A stretch of DNA of 63,316 nt, counting the filler, from Squatina squatina (lineage: Eukaryota): the NCBI GenBank assembly GCA_031763465.1. It is 4 parts of 4 records of this genome, joined end to end, with 100 filler letters (N's around TTAATTAATTAA, not from the genome) between each part and the next. Parts side by side here need not be neighbours in the genome. Positions count along the whole stretch, not along the records: positions 50,036 to 63,316 come from JARFOE010916015.1; 3 more parts are not named here. One strand, 5' to 3'. Under the pieces are notes generated by a model that was given only the letters and a program-made list of their open reading frames with translations, was not told the DNA's origin and did no database searches. Below are positions 53,186 to 63,316 of this stretch, piece by piece; position 1 is the first letter of the stretch; each line of letters begins with the position of its first letter. Both the position numbers and the translations under genes were made by a program.

Positions 53186-54061
53186 TACAGTAGCCAGCGG
53201 ACGAACGATGCCCACCATTCGTTCGACTTGGCCATGTCTATTTAATATCTATGACCTTTTAGTACCGGAAGCTGCAGTATGAGATCCAAACTTTGTGGTG
53301 CCTCTTCAGGGCATATGGGACCTGTGTGAATCAAGAAACAAACGTGCATCTCCTTCTCCAATCATATTTAATGATTGGAGATTGAACAGTGCTGATTCTA
53401 AAACAGGAAGTTTAACAAATTCTATGTCATATCAGGTAGGAAAGCGAAATGAAGAAAGGGAAAGAAAGATTGTATTCAGAGAGAAAAAAAGAGTCAGAAA
53501 GAAAGATAATATAATTGTTTTAAATTTAAATTTCAGGAATAATCTTTATCAAAAATCTGAAGAAATGAGAATCCAGATTCATAGAAGTTTATTATCAGTG
53601 CAGAGATATTTTTGCAGTAGCTAAATATTATTACACGTTTAAAAATTCCACTTCGACTGATACGGACAATCCCTTACTTTCTTTGGTGAATTTAAACCCT
53701 CTCTACCGTGCAATACAGGAAATTCACACAGCTAAATACATTTAAATGGGGAGCCAGACAGCAGATGTCATATTCGAGAAGCTTACAGAATAGCGCTCAT
53801 TCTCGGACAGCAACTCCAGGTTTTCCAGTTGGACTGCGCACCTGTGCTGGCTCGAGGTAGCTGTCTGATTTTGAATAAATAACAGTGAGCACCATTAGAC
53901 TCAGCGTTCTGGTTACCATAAGTTCCAGCCCATTATAAGTTATGGCGCGATTCATATTTATCGAGGAATTTCACACATCACCTGGAGGAAATCATCATAA
54001 TTTACCTCAACTTGTTTGTGACCGTATTTATTTATATGTTTATTTATTTACTGTTTTACAG

Positions 54062-54157
54062 CAATTCCGCTTTCCTTCTCAGCCTTCCTTTGAGCCCACT
54101 GATCAGGACAACACCTCTCCAACACCAGTCCCCGAGGTCCAACCTGCAACTGTCTGA
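54062..54157 (+). CDS. Candidate terminal coding exon, in phase with 52033-52158
   Basis: Strong T-rich tract + TACAG acceptor; QFRFPSQPSFEPTDQDNTSPTPVPEVQPATV*; AATAAA at 54271-54276. Confidence 0.5.
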   Translation, partial: QFRFPSQPSFEPTDQDNTSPTPVPEVQPATV

Positions 54158-54276
54158 TGCCAGCACCGTGATAGAAAGACTTTCAATGATACAATTGGAG
54201 GTCGTACAATGGGACACATTACAGATGAAAGAATTCATTTTTAGTTGAAGAATGTGTAGAATATTAATTTAATAAA

Positions 54277-55000
54277 ACGTACAATTTTAAATTGGGTGCA
54301 GGAACTGAGAGACCTGGGGCTTCAGAATCTCAAATCATTAAAGGTGGCAGGACAGGCTAATATAGTGGTGAACAAGCAGAGGAGAGAATTTGCTTTGTAA
54401 ATAGAGGCACATCGTAGGAAAGCACGGAGTTATGCGAAATCTTTGTAATTCATTGATTAGGCCTCAACTGCATCATTGTGTCCAGTTCTGGATACCATCC
54501 TTTAGTAAGGATAACAAGACGTTGGCGTTGGCACAGAGGAGATTTTCTGGAATGTGAGCAGGGAGGAGAGTTTTCAGTTATGTAGAGAGCCTAATGAAGC
54601 TGGAATTATTCTCCTTATAGCAGGGAAGGATAAGCGGAAATTGAATAGGTGTTCAGAATTATGAGGCGTTTTGATAAAATAAATCAGTCGAAGCTATTTC
54701 CACTGGCAGAGGAGTCGGTAACCATGGGATACCGATTTAAGGTAATTGGCAGAAGTGCAAGAGTGGAGATGAGGAGAAATGTATTGCACAGCGAGTTCTT
54801 GTGATCTGGAATACAATTTCCTGAAAGAGCGGTGGGAACAGATTCAACTTTCAAAAGGGAAGTGGAAAGAAACTTTAAACGGGAAAAAAATGCAGGGCTC
54901 TGGTAAATATGCAGGCGAGTGGGTGTATAGCTCGTTCAGAAAGTCACCACAGGCATGGTGGCCGGAATGGGCTCTTTCTACGATGTATCATTCTGTGATT
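54277..55000 (+). mobile_element. CR1-like LINE 3' portion (decayed)
   Basis: gagagacctgggg, ttaggcctcaactgcatcattgtgtccagttctgg and terminal ggccggaatgggctctttctacgatgtatcattctgtgatt. Confidence 0.85.
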
Positions 55001-55724
55001 CGACGATTCAGCAAAAATACTAGTTGTTGCATTGGTGTCTAAATCTATTTCATAAATTACATCATTTTTCTATCAAACAACACGTGTGAAGCTCAGAGTA
55101 TTACCTAAAAAAACACATACATAAATAGAATAAAGAGAAATATGAGACGTGTCACAGCTGTTTATAGTAGGAAAATTCCCCCTGGAATATAACAGTAACA
55201 AGATCTGATTCTTTGCACTTTCTGTCGCGAAGAACATTGTTGATCTATGATGTTGTAATTCATACGTTGTTTAAATGATTAAATAAACTAACAATGGCGC
55301 CATTACTTTCTTGACTGAAGACGCTCTTATTGTCTCCCGACACCTCCTGCCAATTCCCCGCGCCTCACCTTTCAACCATGATAAGCTTCATTACTTATTG
55401 GTGGAAGTTGATCATTTGGGCAATCGGGTGGGTGTCAATGCTACATTTCTCAGCCTGTCTGGTGAGTGATCACTCATCCGAGCTGGATTCCACCCCCCCA
55501 ACCCCGCCCCCCAACCTAACCATATACTCAGCCCTCGCACTGGAGCAATTTTAACATAACAGGGCAGGAATTTGAGAGGATTTGGTGGAAAGCCAGTTTT
55601 GCATTCTTCCCCATCCCCACCCCCCCTCCCCACACCCCCTCTCTATTACTCTCCGTTGGTTTCAATGTGAGTTAAATTAGGCGGCTTGCAAAACCAGCAT
55701 TCATCGAGACTCCTTCAGTTTTCC

Positions 55725-56279
55725 GGAACCAATCAGGTAGGATTATGTCCCGGTCTTACTTTTACAGATCTCTGTGATATATGGGAGATCTTTAGAAGCA
55801 TGTATGTGAGAAAATAAAACTACACAAGCACATCAAAAACCATTGTAAAAACCACTGCAACATGAAAATGTAATAAAATTATATGTAATGAGATAAATAA
55901 TATAAAAAATGAAATTTTAAAAAATCCTTTTAAATGTTTAAAAATATTTATACCTTAATGAAAGTGGTTTTTAAGTAATGTACCAATAATTTATTTTATT
56001 TTTACATTTTGAAAACTCTTACCTCGGTTTGCTTTCATTCTCGCTTTTACCACGTGCAAAAAATGTCAAGAGATTTCCAAGGGCAAGATTTGAGAAAATA
56101 CCCCAGCTCTCGGCCCAGGAAAGCTCTTTCCTTGTCCAGCCGCAGGATCTGTCAGGGCAATTCTCGACAGATCACAACCGCCGGGATTAGGAGCCTGCTC
56201 TTTGCAGAGAAACCCCCGGCAGCTGCGAGGCCTCCACGGGCAGGTGCGCACTTCGTACACGGTCCCAAATTCAGCCCCT
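55725..56279 (+). mobile_element. Diverged copy of the non-autonomous element at 58856-59598
   Basis: Shares ccaatcaggtagga and the AT-rich core (ggtttt(t)aagtaatgtacca...aactcttac); ends aaattcagcccct. Confidence 0.5.
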
Positions 56280-56344
56280 CAGTTTACATTGGTGACCACC
56301 TCCGCTAAAGAAGAGGAATGTCGCACGTTGCATTCTTCCTCCAG

Positions 56345-56523
56345 GACCACACACGGTCACGTCCAGCTCAGAGACACATGGATCTACAGGGAAATGATTG
56401 GACTCTTCAGACAGTTTGGGGAAATGGAACGGTGCTTGCTCATTTGGTCTAAATCTCCCAGCAAGTTATCAAAGTTATTCACAAGGAGTGACATGGCAGA
56501 GGCCTTCTTTTTGAAAGTATTTG
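56345..56523 (+). CDS. Candidate exon ending ...AEAFFLKVF-G(phase 1), possibly the first coding exon of another MS4A-like gene
   Basis: ttcttcctcCAG acceptor, G/GTAAGC donor, one open frame throughout. Family assignment is speculative. Confidence 0.3.
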
Positions 56524-56879
56524 GTAAGCACCAGAGGGCTAATTTAACCGATCCGGCCGGTCAAGTTCTGGTCACACGCTCCTTTTAAACAAGCCCGATT
56601 TTACTCTCCATTAAAACAAGGTCTAGATTAGCCCATTCTTTCTCCCCTATGTTTTGCTGCATAGTACTGGCATCGAAATGGTTAACTCACTCATTTTAAG
56701 CATCTTCGCCAGCCCTTCATGATAAGCCACCATTAAATTGGTGTGGACGGACCATTTACATGTTACATTTCAGATTTAGTCTGGTAATATCGCAAACAGT
56801 AATTTCTAGACTCACAGCGCATCATTCAGTTGCACACATTTTATCTGTTTCTGTGTGATAGTTTTCAGCTAAGTGTAGT

Positions 56880-57410
56880 GTTCAAACCCTCATCATGCTC
56901 TTGTTAACGCAAGTCTTTATTCAAATTTATCCTGGTCGGCCTTCCACCTTGTACCCCCGGTAACCTTCTGCTCATCCATCAGTCGCACCAATCCCAGTTC
57001 ATACATCACCCCCTGGACGGCCTGACCTACATTGACATCTGGTCCGTCAATGCACAATTGTGAAAATACTCATACTTGTTTTTAAATCCATTCATGTCCT
57101 CACCCCTCCCTATCGCTGCCACCTCCTCCAGCCCCACAACCCTGCGAAATATTTGTGTTCCTGCAATGCTGGCCCCTTGTGCATCCCAACTTTGGCAGTC
57201 ATGTGTTCGGCCGGCTAGGCCCTAAGCCACGGTAAATCCTCCCTAATCCTGCACAACACTCTATATATTGCACCTTCCTTAAGATGCTGCTTTAAACCTA
57301 TATCTTTGATCATCCCTTTGTTCAAAGGACTCTTTCTGCTTCACGGTGTCAAATTGTGTTTGATAATCGCCAGTTGAAGGCTCTATATAACTGAAATTTG
57401 TTGTTTTTGA
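56880..57410 (+). mobile_element. LINE2-like 3' fragment (decayed)
   Basis: Colinear with the other L2-like copies (gacctacattga, tttaaatccattcatgtcctcacccctccctatc, taggccctaag). Confidence 0.75.
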
Positions 57411-58419
57411 TGATGCAGATCAGCCGCCCTTCATTAGCACCGCCAGAATTTCATTCCCATTGTCAACGCTGGGAGGGAATTGGGCGACAAACCATCGTGT
57501 GTTTCAGAAGTGGAACATGCGAGCAAAGATTTGGGTCGAAGCTTCTGATAATTGTGCTTCGTGCTTTCTCTGCACAAAATCTGTGAGATCCGAACGCCAA
57601 CCGTCTGATGCAGCTCTCATCGGTTGGGAGAACATCAGATCCGGCAGGCTGGGCCAGCGAGCCAGCCCATGGGGAAGGGAGGCAGCTATCATGACTTGCC
57701 TTCTTTTGGCAGCCTCCCGAGGTCACGTGAAGGTTCAGTTTTTGGCCATTGTATACAGGGAAACAATGAGTGAAGCATTCACTGGGCATACGCCAACAAT
57801 TGGTCACGAATTTGGCAGCAAGATCCTGAACCAAGCGTTAGACCAATGATCCCGAGATTAGCATATCATATAATGTTTCGTGGGGTGGGGGTGCCGTCTA
57901 CACTTGGAAGACAGTTCCAGAGGTGGTCTGGCGTGAATACATTGTAACCCGAAATTCATCAGCAAATGCTCAGTTCTCGGCGAAAAACTTGAGCAGCGCT
58001 GCCCAATTATTCTCGTCAGTCTCTCAGATGCTGCCACTTGGAGTTTCCTAGAAGTTTGGCAAATCTCCCATCTTAACTTTACCAGAAACCTGGAAAAAAG
58101 ACAGCGTCAACTAGCCACTTGCCACGTGTTTTGTTCTGAACTTCCATTGGAATGAACGGAAAATGCCAAGGGGGAAACGTAGAATATGACTGTCACTGGT
58201 TAATGTCTATCTGTCTGTTCTCTCTGCTGTTTCTCCGACCTTGTTGTGTTTCTCATTGTTTGCCATCTCTGTATCTCTCACACTGGTCATTAGTGGCAAC
58301 AGGTTTGGGTGATCAAAGTAATACAGTTGGGAGTGATAACAATCAAGAAGTTAGGAATTTCTGCACTTTGGGCGAGGATTACACTCTGACATGGATGTTT
58401 GACTTGTATATTCTACATC

Positions 58420-58710
58420 ATCAATCTTTCTGTATCGCGATCTCTCTTTTCTCCATTTCTCTTTCTGTATTGCTCTCTATATCTGTCCTTCTCTTTCTAT
58501 TTATCTCTCTCTTTCTGTATCTCTCTCTCTCTTTTGCTTTCTTACACTTTCTATATCTTTATTTATTGTCAGCTCCTCTCTTTCTTCATCTCTTTGTCAC
58601 CTCTCTCTTTCTACAGTTCCTCTCTTTCTGCATCTCTTTCTCGTTGTCTCTCTCTATCTCTCTCTCTCTCTTTCTACTTTTCACCCGACTCTCTGCATTT
58701 TTCTCTTTCC
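58420..58710 (+). repeat. (CT)n-rich low-complexity tract
   Basis: Degenerate TC repeats. Confidence 0.9.
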
Positions 58711-58855
58711 TGGCGGAGGAGAAACACTTACAAGGACAGAGCGGGCAGGAGCAAGCCGTTTATCTAACTCAGGTGGCTAATGGCGGATTGAACAGTTGTA
58801 ATATCAGTCAAGGAGTTAATTCCATTCAAACAATCCAAAAAAAGAGATTGTTAAT

Positions 58856-59598
58856 GGCCCTGAAATTGCGGTCGGAGGCTTCCTGCCTGCAGAAGCCTCC
58901 GATGGCAGAAATATATAAGTACTTATCCTACAGTGCTTGCTCCATGCGATGGTGCGGGGTTCAGCCCACCTTTGAGTTGGAGTTTCGGAGCGGGGCTCTG
59001 TGGATTCCCGGGGAAGTCCAGCGAAAGGTCTGCACAGGTCACATGGGAGGCCCCAACCAATCAGGTAGGAGTAGGTTTCATTCAAGCTTTTGCCAGATAT
59101 GACCGCTCGGTCACAGCTTTAATGAAAGATGAAAATGAACAGAAACACATCCCAAAACATTTAAAATCCTATTCCAAAATTAAAATTTAATAAATAAGAG
59201 ATAAATAAAATATGTTTTTAATTTTAAAAAAATATTTTAAAATGTTTTAAAACATATTTACCTTCATGGGAATGGTTTTAAAGTAATGTACCATTAACTA
59301 TTTGATATTAAAAAATTTAACAACTCTTACACTGGTAAAACCGAGCATATACATTAGGTTTTACCCTGCATAAAAATAACTTGAATAGATTTCCGGTGCA
59401 TGTTTTCCAAAAATCTCGCAAAGCTAGGAGTTGGAAATCTGTTTTCCAGCCTAAGTGTTGCATCTGTCAAGAAACATCTGGACAGATCACAAATGCTGGT
59501 TCTGTGGGCTTGCACATTGCAGCCACAGAACCGGCATTTGCGATGTCTCCCCGGGTGTGTGGGAACATCGTACCCTCCCGAGATCGCTATTTCAGGCC
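58856..59598 (+). mobile_element. Non-autonomous DNA transposon (MITE-like) with imperfect terminal inverted repeats
   Basis: 5' ggccctgaaattgcggtcggag versus 3' ctcccgagatcgctatttcaggcc; GC-rich ends, AT-rich core, second copy nearby. Confidence 0.6.
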
Positions 59599-59888
59599 AA
59601 ATGTTTTTATCAAGAATTAGGACCAAGTATTGACGTTCGAAACTTGCACTCATGTGGCTTTAATGTTAATGTGAATCTTCTGGCGGGAGACCGCAAGCTC
59701 GGGTGCAACACAGGTTTCACATCCCGCCCAATATTGCTTCCGTTCATTTCGATGGAGTGTAAAATCGGTCTTGAAAGCCAGCTTTGCACCTGATTCTCTC
59801 TGTTTGTCGGTGGGCATGGATGGTTCATATAACTATTTTTATCTTTAAAAATAATGATAGTGCAATTGCTACTTCGTGTAATTCCAGT

Positions 59889-59894
59889 TTTATT
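59889..59894 (-). terminator. Candidate poly(A) signal of the NLR-like gene
   Basis: AATAAA on the minus strand about 140 nt after the stop codon. Confidence 0.45.
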
Positions 59895-60030
59895 TCAGAT
59901 ACCAAGAACTAGCTCTTTTTGATTAATTTCAAACTCGCGTGTGTTTCATTTCATCGCTTATAAATCTCAGCAAAACACATTTCAGGCTATGTTAACAGAA
60001 CGATTAACAACCGCTTCTTCGGCCCCCTGA

Positions 60031-60118
60031 TCACACAAACACTCGCAGTCCAGGCCTGCATTCTCTCAGCGACCTGAGATGTTTCTGTCCGTCTGAACTG
60101 AACTGATTCCTCCACACT
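60031..60118 (-). CDS. NLR-like (NACHT-LRR type) gene, terminal exon
   Basis: ttccctctttttCAG acceptor, phase 2; (Q)VWRNQFSSDGQKHLRSLRECRPGLRVFV*, TGA 60033-60031. Confidence 0.8.
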
Positions 60119-60802
60119 CTGAAAAAGAGGGAAGCAGAAAACTAATAGAATAGGCCAAAATTACACAAGCACTTTTAACATTTGAATCATACACAAATAT
60201 ACGGCCTTTAATACTTTCGAAAGGAAATCGGTTATAAACCTCTCAAGGGAAGATTTTCCAGGGATATAGAGAAAGACGGGGTGAGTGGGAATAATTTGAA
60301 AGCTCATTCAAAGAGCCAGCACAGGCATGATGGGCTGAATGGTCTCCTCTGTGCTGTAAGAATCTATGGGGTGGGCGTTATTTACGTTGTGTGCAACCGA
60401 CACAGAGTGCTCCTGTTATACAGAGCACCAGATATTCAGTTCCGGGAGCAATTTTACCTGAAACCATCTGCTGGGAAAGTGACAAGATTGGCTGCGACAC
60501 TGATTTTTCTTCCACCCTGATTTTATGATCTACTGAATGAAGTAGAGAGCAATATTGGGCAGTGTGTAGAACCGGTGTTCCTGCTCATCTTTTAGGATTC
60601 CTGCCCGGTGAGCTTTATTGAAATTATCCTCTGATATAATGGAATGGAATATTATGAGGATTACAATGGGCTACACATGCAGCTACATTCTATTCGTGAT
60701 ATTGCCCCAGAAGAATATCTAACCCTTATGATTCCATATCAGAAGACATTATCCACAGAACCAACGGTTATTTAGTATTTCAACATTAGCACAAGTACTC
60801 AC

Positions 60803-60970
60803 TGGAGCAGCTCTAAGGTTTTACAGCAGAGTATGAGTTTTCGCAGTTCGGGAAGACATTGGTCCGTGAACTGATTTCCGTCCAGGTACAGCATCGTCAC
60901 AGACTGGTTCATGCTGAATGCCGACCCGAGATCTTCAATGCAAGCAGCTGTCAGATTGTTATCCTGCAAT
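60803..60970 (-). CDS. NLR-like gene, 168-nt exon encoding two ribonuclease-inhibitor-type LRRs
   Basis: TAG acceptor, GTGAGT donor, phase 2-2; LQDNNLTAACIEDLGSAFSMNQSVTMLYLDGNQFTDQCLPELRKLILCCKTLELL. Confidence 0.87.
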
Positions 60971-61059
60971 CTAAAGATTAAAAATTAAAATCCGGATTCA
61001 GTCCAGCTCGAAAAGTCAGTCAGATTTTGCTTTCGGAACATTGAAGGGAACTTAAGGAA

Positions 61060-61620
61060 CTAGGAATGGGAGGAGGCCTCTCACCCCTCGATCGTCATCG
61101 TCTACTGTTAGATCATGGCTGATGTGTATTTTAACTCCATCTACCCGCCTTGGGTCCATAATCCCTTAATACCATTCGCTAGCAAAATCGATCACTCTCC
61201 TTTTTGAAATCTTCAATTGACCCTCCAGCCTCAAAAAAGGTTGGGGGGAGAGAGTTTGAGATTCTCACTACATTTTGTGTGAAGAAACATGACCTGAAAT
61301 CCAACTTGAACGGCCCAGCTCCAATTTAAAAATTATCCACCCCGATTTTGCACTACGGCCACCAGAAGAAATAGTTTCCCAGTGTCTACCCTATGAAATT
61401 GTTTCATCATCTTAAACACATCAGTTGGATCCCCTTTACGTTTAACGATCAAGGGAGTCGTAGCCTATTCTATGCAGAATTAAGTGTCCTCATAATTGGA
61501 CACCTTCAGCCTCTGTATCATTCTGCTGAATCTGCACTGCACTCACTCCAATGTCCTTTCTGTGGTACGGTGCAGTACTCCAGCTGAGGTCTAACCAGAG
61601 TTCTGTACAGCTGTAACATA
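61060..61620 (-). mobile_element. CR1-like LINE 3' fragment (intronic)
   Basis: Homologous to 52290-53185 (gatcatggctgat, cagtactccagctgaggtctaaccagagttctgtacagctgtaacat). Confidence 0.7.
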
Positions 61621-61888
61621 CTTTCCACAATAATGCACGATACTGCATCATATGCCAAGCACATCCGATTATTAAACCGAACCCGCCAGGCATTGATTGG
61701 TCAAAGATAAAATTGGGTGGGGTGTGAAACGGGTGCCCGACTCACGCGACCCGTTACTCCTGGGCTGGTGTGCAAGGTTAAAATCGTGAGACAGACGCGA
61801 AATACTGCGGATGTTGGAATCTAGAATACAAACAAAAAATGCTGGAAATACTCAGCAGGTCAGGAAGCATCTGTGGAGAGAAAAACAC

Positions 61889-61929
61889 AGAGTCAACGTT
61901 TCGGGTCGATGACCCTTCATCAGAACTCT
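61889..61929 (-). ncRNA. Minimal type-I hammerhead ribozyme motif (intact core)
   Basis: AGAGUU-CUGAUGA-a-GGGUC-auc-GACCC-GAAA-C-GUU/GACUCU: helix I AGAGUU:GACUCU, helix II GGGUC:GACCC, palindromic AACGUU in place of helix III. Confidence 0.72.
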
Positions 61930-61934
61930 TCGTC

Positions 61935-61975
61935 GGAGTTCTGACGCAGGGTCACCGACACGAAACGTTGACTCT
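61935..61975 (+). ncRNA. Degenerate minimal hammerhead motif (core change CUGACGC, helix II mismatch)
   Basis: GGAGUU-CUGACGC-a-GGGUC-acc-GACAC-GAAA-C-GUU/GACUCU. Confidence 0.55.
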
Positions 61976-62054
61976 GTTTTGTTCTCTCCACAGATGCTGC
62001 CTCACCTGCTGAGTATTTCCAGCATTTTTTGTTAAAATCGTGAGTGTCACTTAC

Positions 62055-62141
62055 TCCAATCTCTGTGTTTTACAGTCCTGGTGCCTCAGTGCTGCAGATA
62101 ATAATTGGACTCCTGTGTCTCCAATATTATTGTGATTCAAC
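62055..62141 (-). CDS. NLR-like gene, 87-nt single-LRR exon
   Basis: ttttCAG acceptor, GTAAGT donor, phase 2-2; LNHNNIGDTGVQLLSAALRHQDCKTQRL(E), a 29-aa RI-type LRR. Confidence 0.87.
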
Positions 62142-62384
62142 CTGAAAACCAACAGACACAGATTCAGAAATGAGGGAAGGGAAAAGTCTTTCTTCTCGTA
62201 AAATCCGTTCCATCTCACCAGAAATGTTCTCAAAAGGTTGCTGTAAGTTGCAGAGAAGAACACCAGACGGGTTCAAAATCAAAAAAATAAATTAAAAAGA
62301 GCAAATAAGGAGAAATTAGCATTAAGATCGATATCCAAAGAACACTGATATAGATTAATGGTCCAAAGATCCAGCGTGGAGCTG

Positions 62385-62620
62385 AGGAGAATGTTTCTCA
62401 TGAACAACGACTTGTTGTGATCTGGAAAGCACTGCCTGATGGGATTGTGGAAGCAGATTTAAAAGCACCTCCCAAAAGGCAATTGGATGAATAAAACACC
62501 ACCAACATTTCCAGGACTACGGGGAAAGTGCATGGGAGTGGGAATATTTCGACAGCTCTTTCAAAGAGCCGCCAGAGACAAGAGGGGCTGAATGGCCTCC
62601 CACTGTGCTCTATCATTAGA
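62385..62620 (+). mobile_element. CR1-like LINE 3' end (a similar fragment lies at about 60200-60365)
   Basis: gatctggaaagcactgcctga...gggctgaatggcctcccactgtgct. Confidence 0.7.
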
Positions 62621-63009
62621 TGATACTGTGAAATATTACTATCGGTTCAACTTAAAATTGGGCGTCCTTTAAATGCTTGACAGGAAACTGAAGGGGTTGT
62701 GCCCAATGCTATTTTTTACCCTTCACCTGGCATAAAACCCGATTGAAATTAACGATGAGTAAACTCGCGTGAGGCTTTAACTGGTTGCCGATTAAATACC
62801 CTCAATTTCCAGCTGGGTGGTTTAAGATAGAAGCCACTGCCGGGCAGACAATCTCCCTATGTAAGGAAAGTTTGAAAATTCAATCATGAAATAAATTCCT
62901 CTCTCCCTTAAGTTATTTGAGTTAACACGATAGGAGTGCAACACTTTGCAAGGCATATGCCTTATAATTTCACCTAGGGCACCGACAAAATTGAGGAACA
63001 GCGCATTGG

Positions 63010-63316
63010 TATCCCATTCTCCACTCCTCCCGAGCACCATCCCACATTCTCCACTCCCCCCGAGTACTATCCCCATTCTCCACTCCCCCGAGTACTATCC
63101 CCATTCTCCACTCGCCTGAGCACTATCCCCATTCTCCACTCCCCCCGAGCAATATCCCAATTCTCCACTCCCCCGAGCAATATCCCCATTCTCCAATCCC
63201 CCCGAGCACTTTCCACATTCTCCACTCCCCCCAAGCACTATCCCCATTCTCCACTCCCCTCGAGCTCTTTCCCCATTCTCCAATTCCCCGAGCACTATCC
63301 CCATTCTCCTCTCGCC
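63010..63316 (+). repeat. 28-29-bp C-rich minisatellite, about 11 units, consensus TATCCCCATTCTCCACTCCCCCGAGCAC; runs off the window
   Basis: Directly visible periodicity. Confidence 0.95.

Larger units (their letters stand above)
61791..62030. mobile_element. Palindromic Penelope-derived-like insertion (about 100-bp inverted arms) with 14-bp target-site duplication GTTAAAATCGTGAG
   Basis: Arms 61831-61928 and 61936-62033 are near-perfect reverse complements; direct repeats at 61777-61790 and 62031-62044. Confidence 0.85.

Noticed and set aside
58152-59102. 316-aa hydrophobic ORF resembling a membrane protein
   Set aside because: Its core is a (CT)n tract that cannot encode stops, and its tail runs into a MITE-like element.

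Overview
Vertebrate nuclear DNA, most likely from a cartilaginous fish (inferred from the CR1/L2/DeuSINE-like/Penelope/Harbinger repeat content and the protein fragments). It is not contiguous. Three artificial N44-TTAATTAATTAA-N44 linkers split it into four segments (1-13487, 13588-36234, 36335-49935, 50036-63316). The first three are mosaics of short contigs joined mostly by 100-N gaps. Recognisable exons: TMEM39A (-), HSD3B (+), FRMPD4 3' part (-), RAB6A (+, including both mutually exclusive exons and the last exon), the last three LRR exons of an NLR-type gene (-), and tentative MS4A/TMEM176-like exons (+). Best findings: (1) a 240-bp palindromic insertion with a 14-bp target-site duplication in an NLR intron, whose arms each carry a minimal type-I hammerhead ribozyme motif, with the intact copy on the pre-mRNA strand; (2) the RAB6A'/RAB6A mutually exclusive exon pair with a 90-nt spacer intron; (3) a U12-type branch site before the last RAB6A exon; (4) a long open reading frame running through the splice donor at the FRMPD4 ETT(V) PDZ-ligand position. 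Gene names come from recalled protein similarity, not from database searches.
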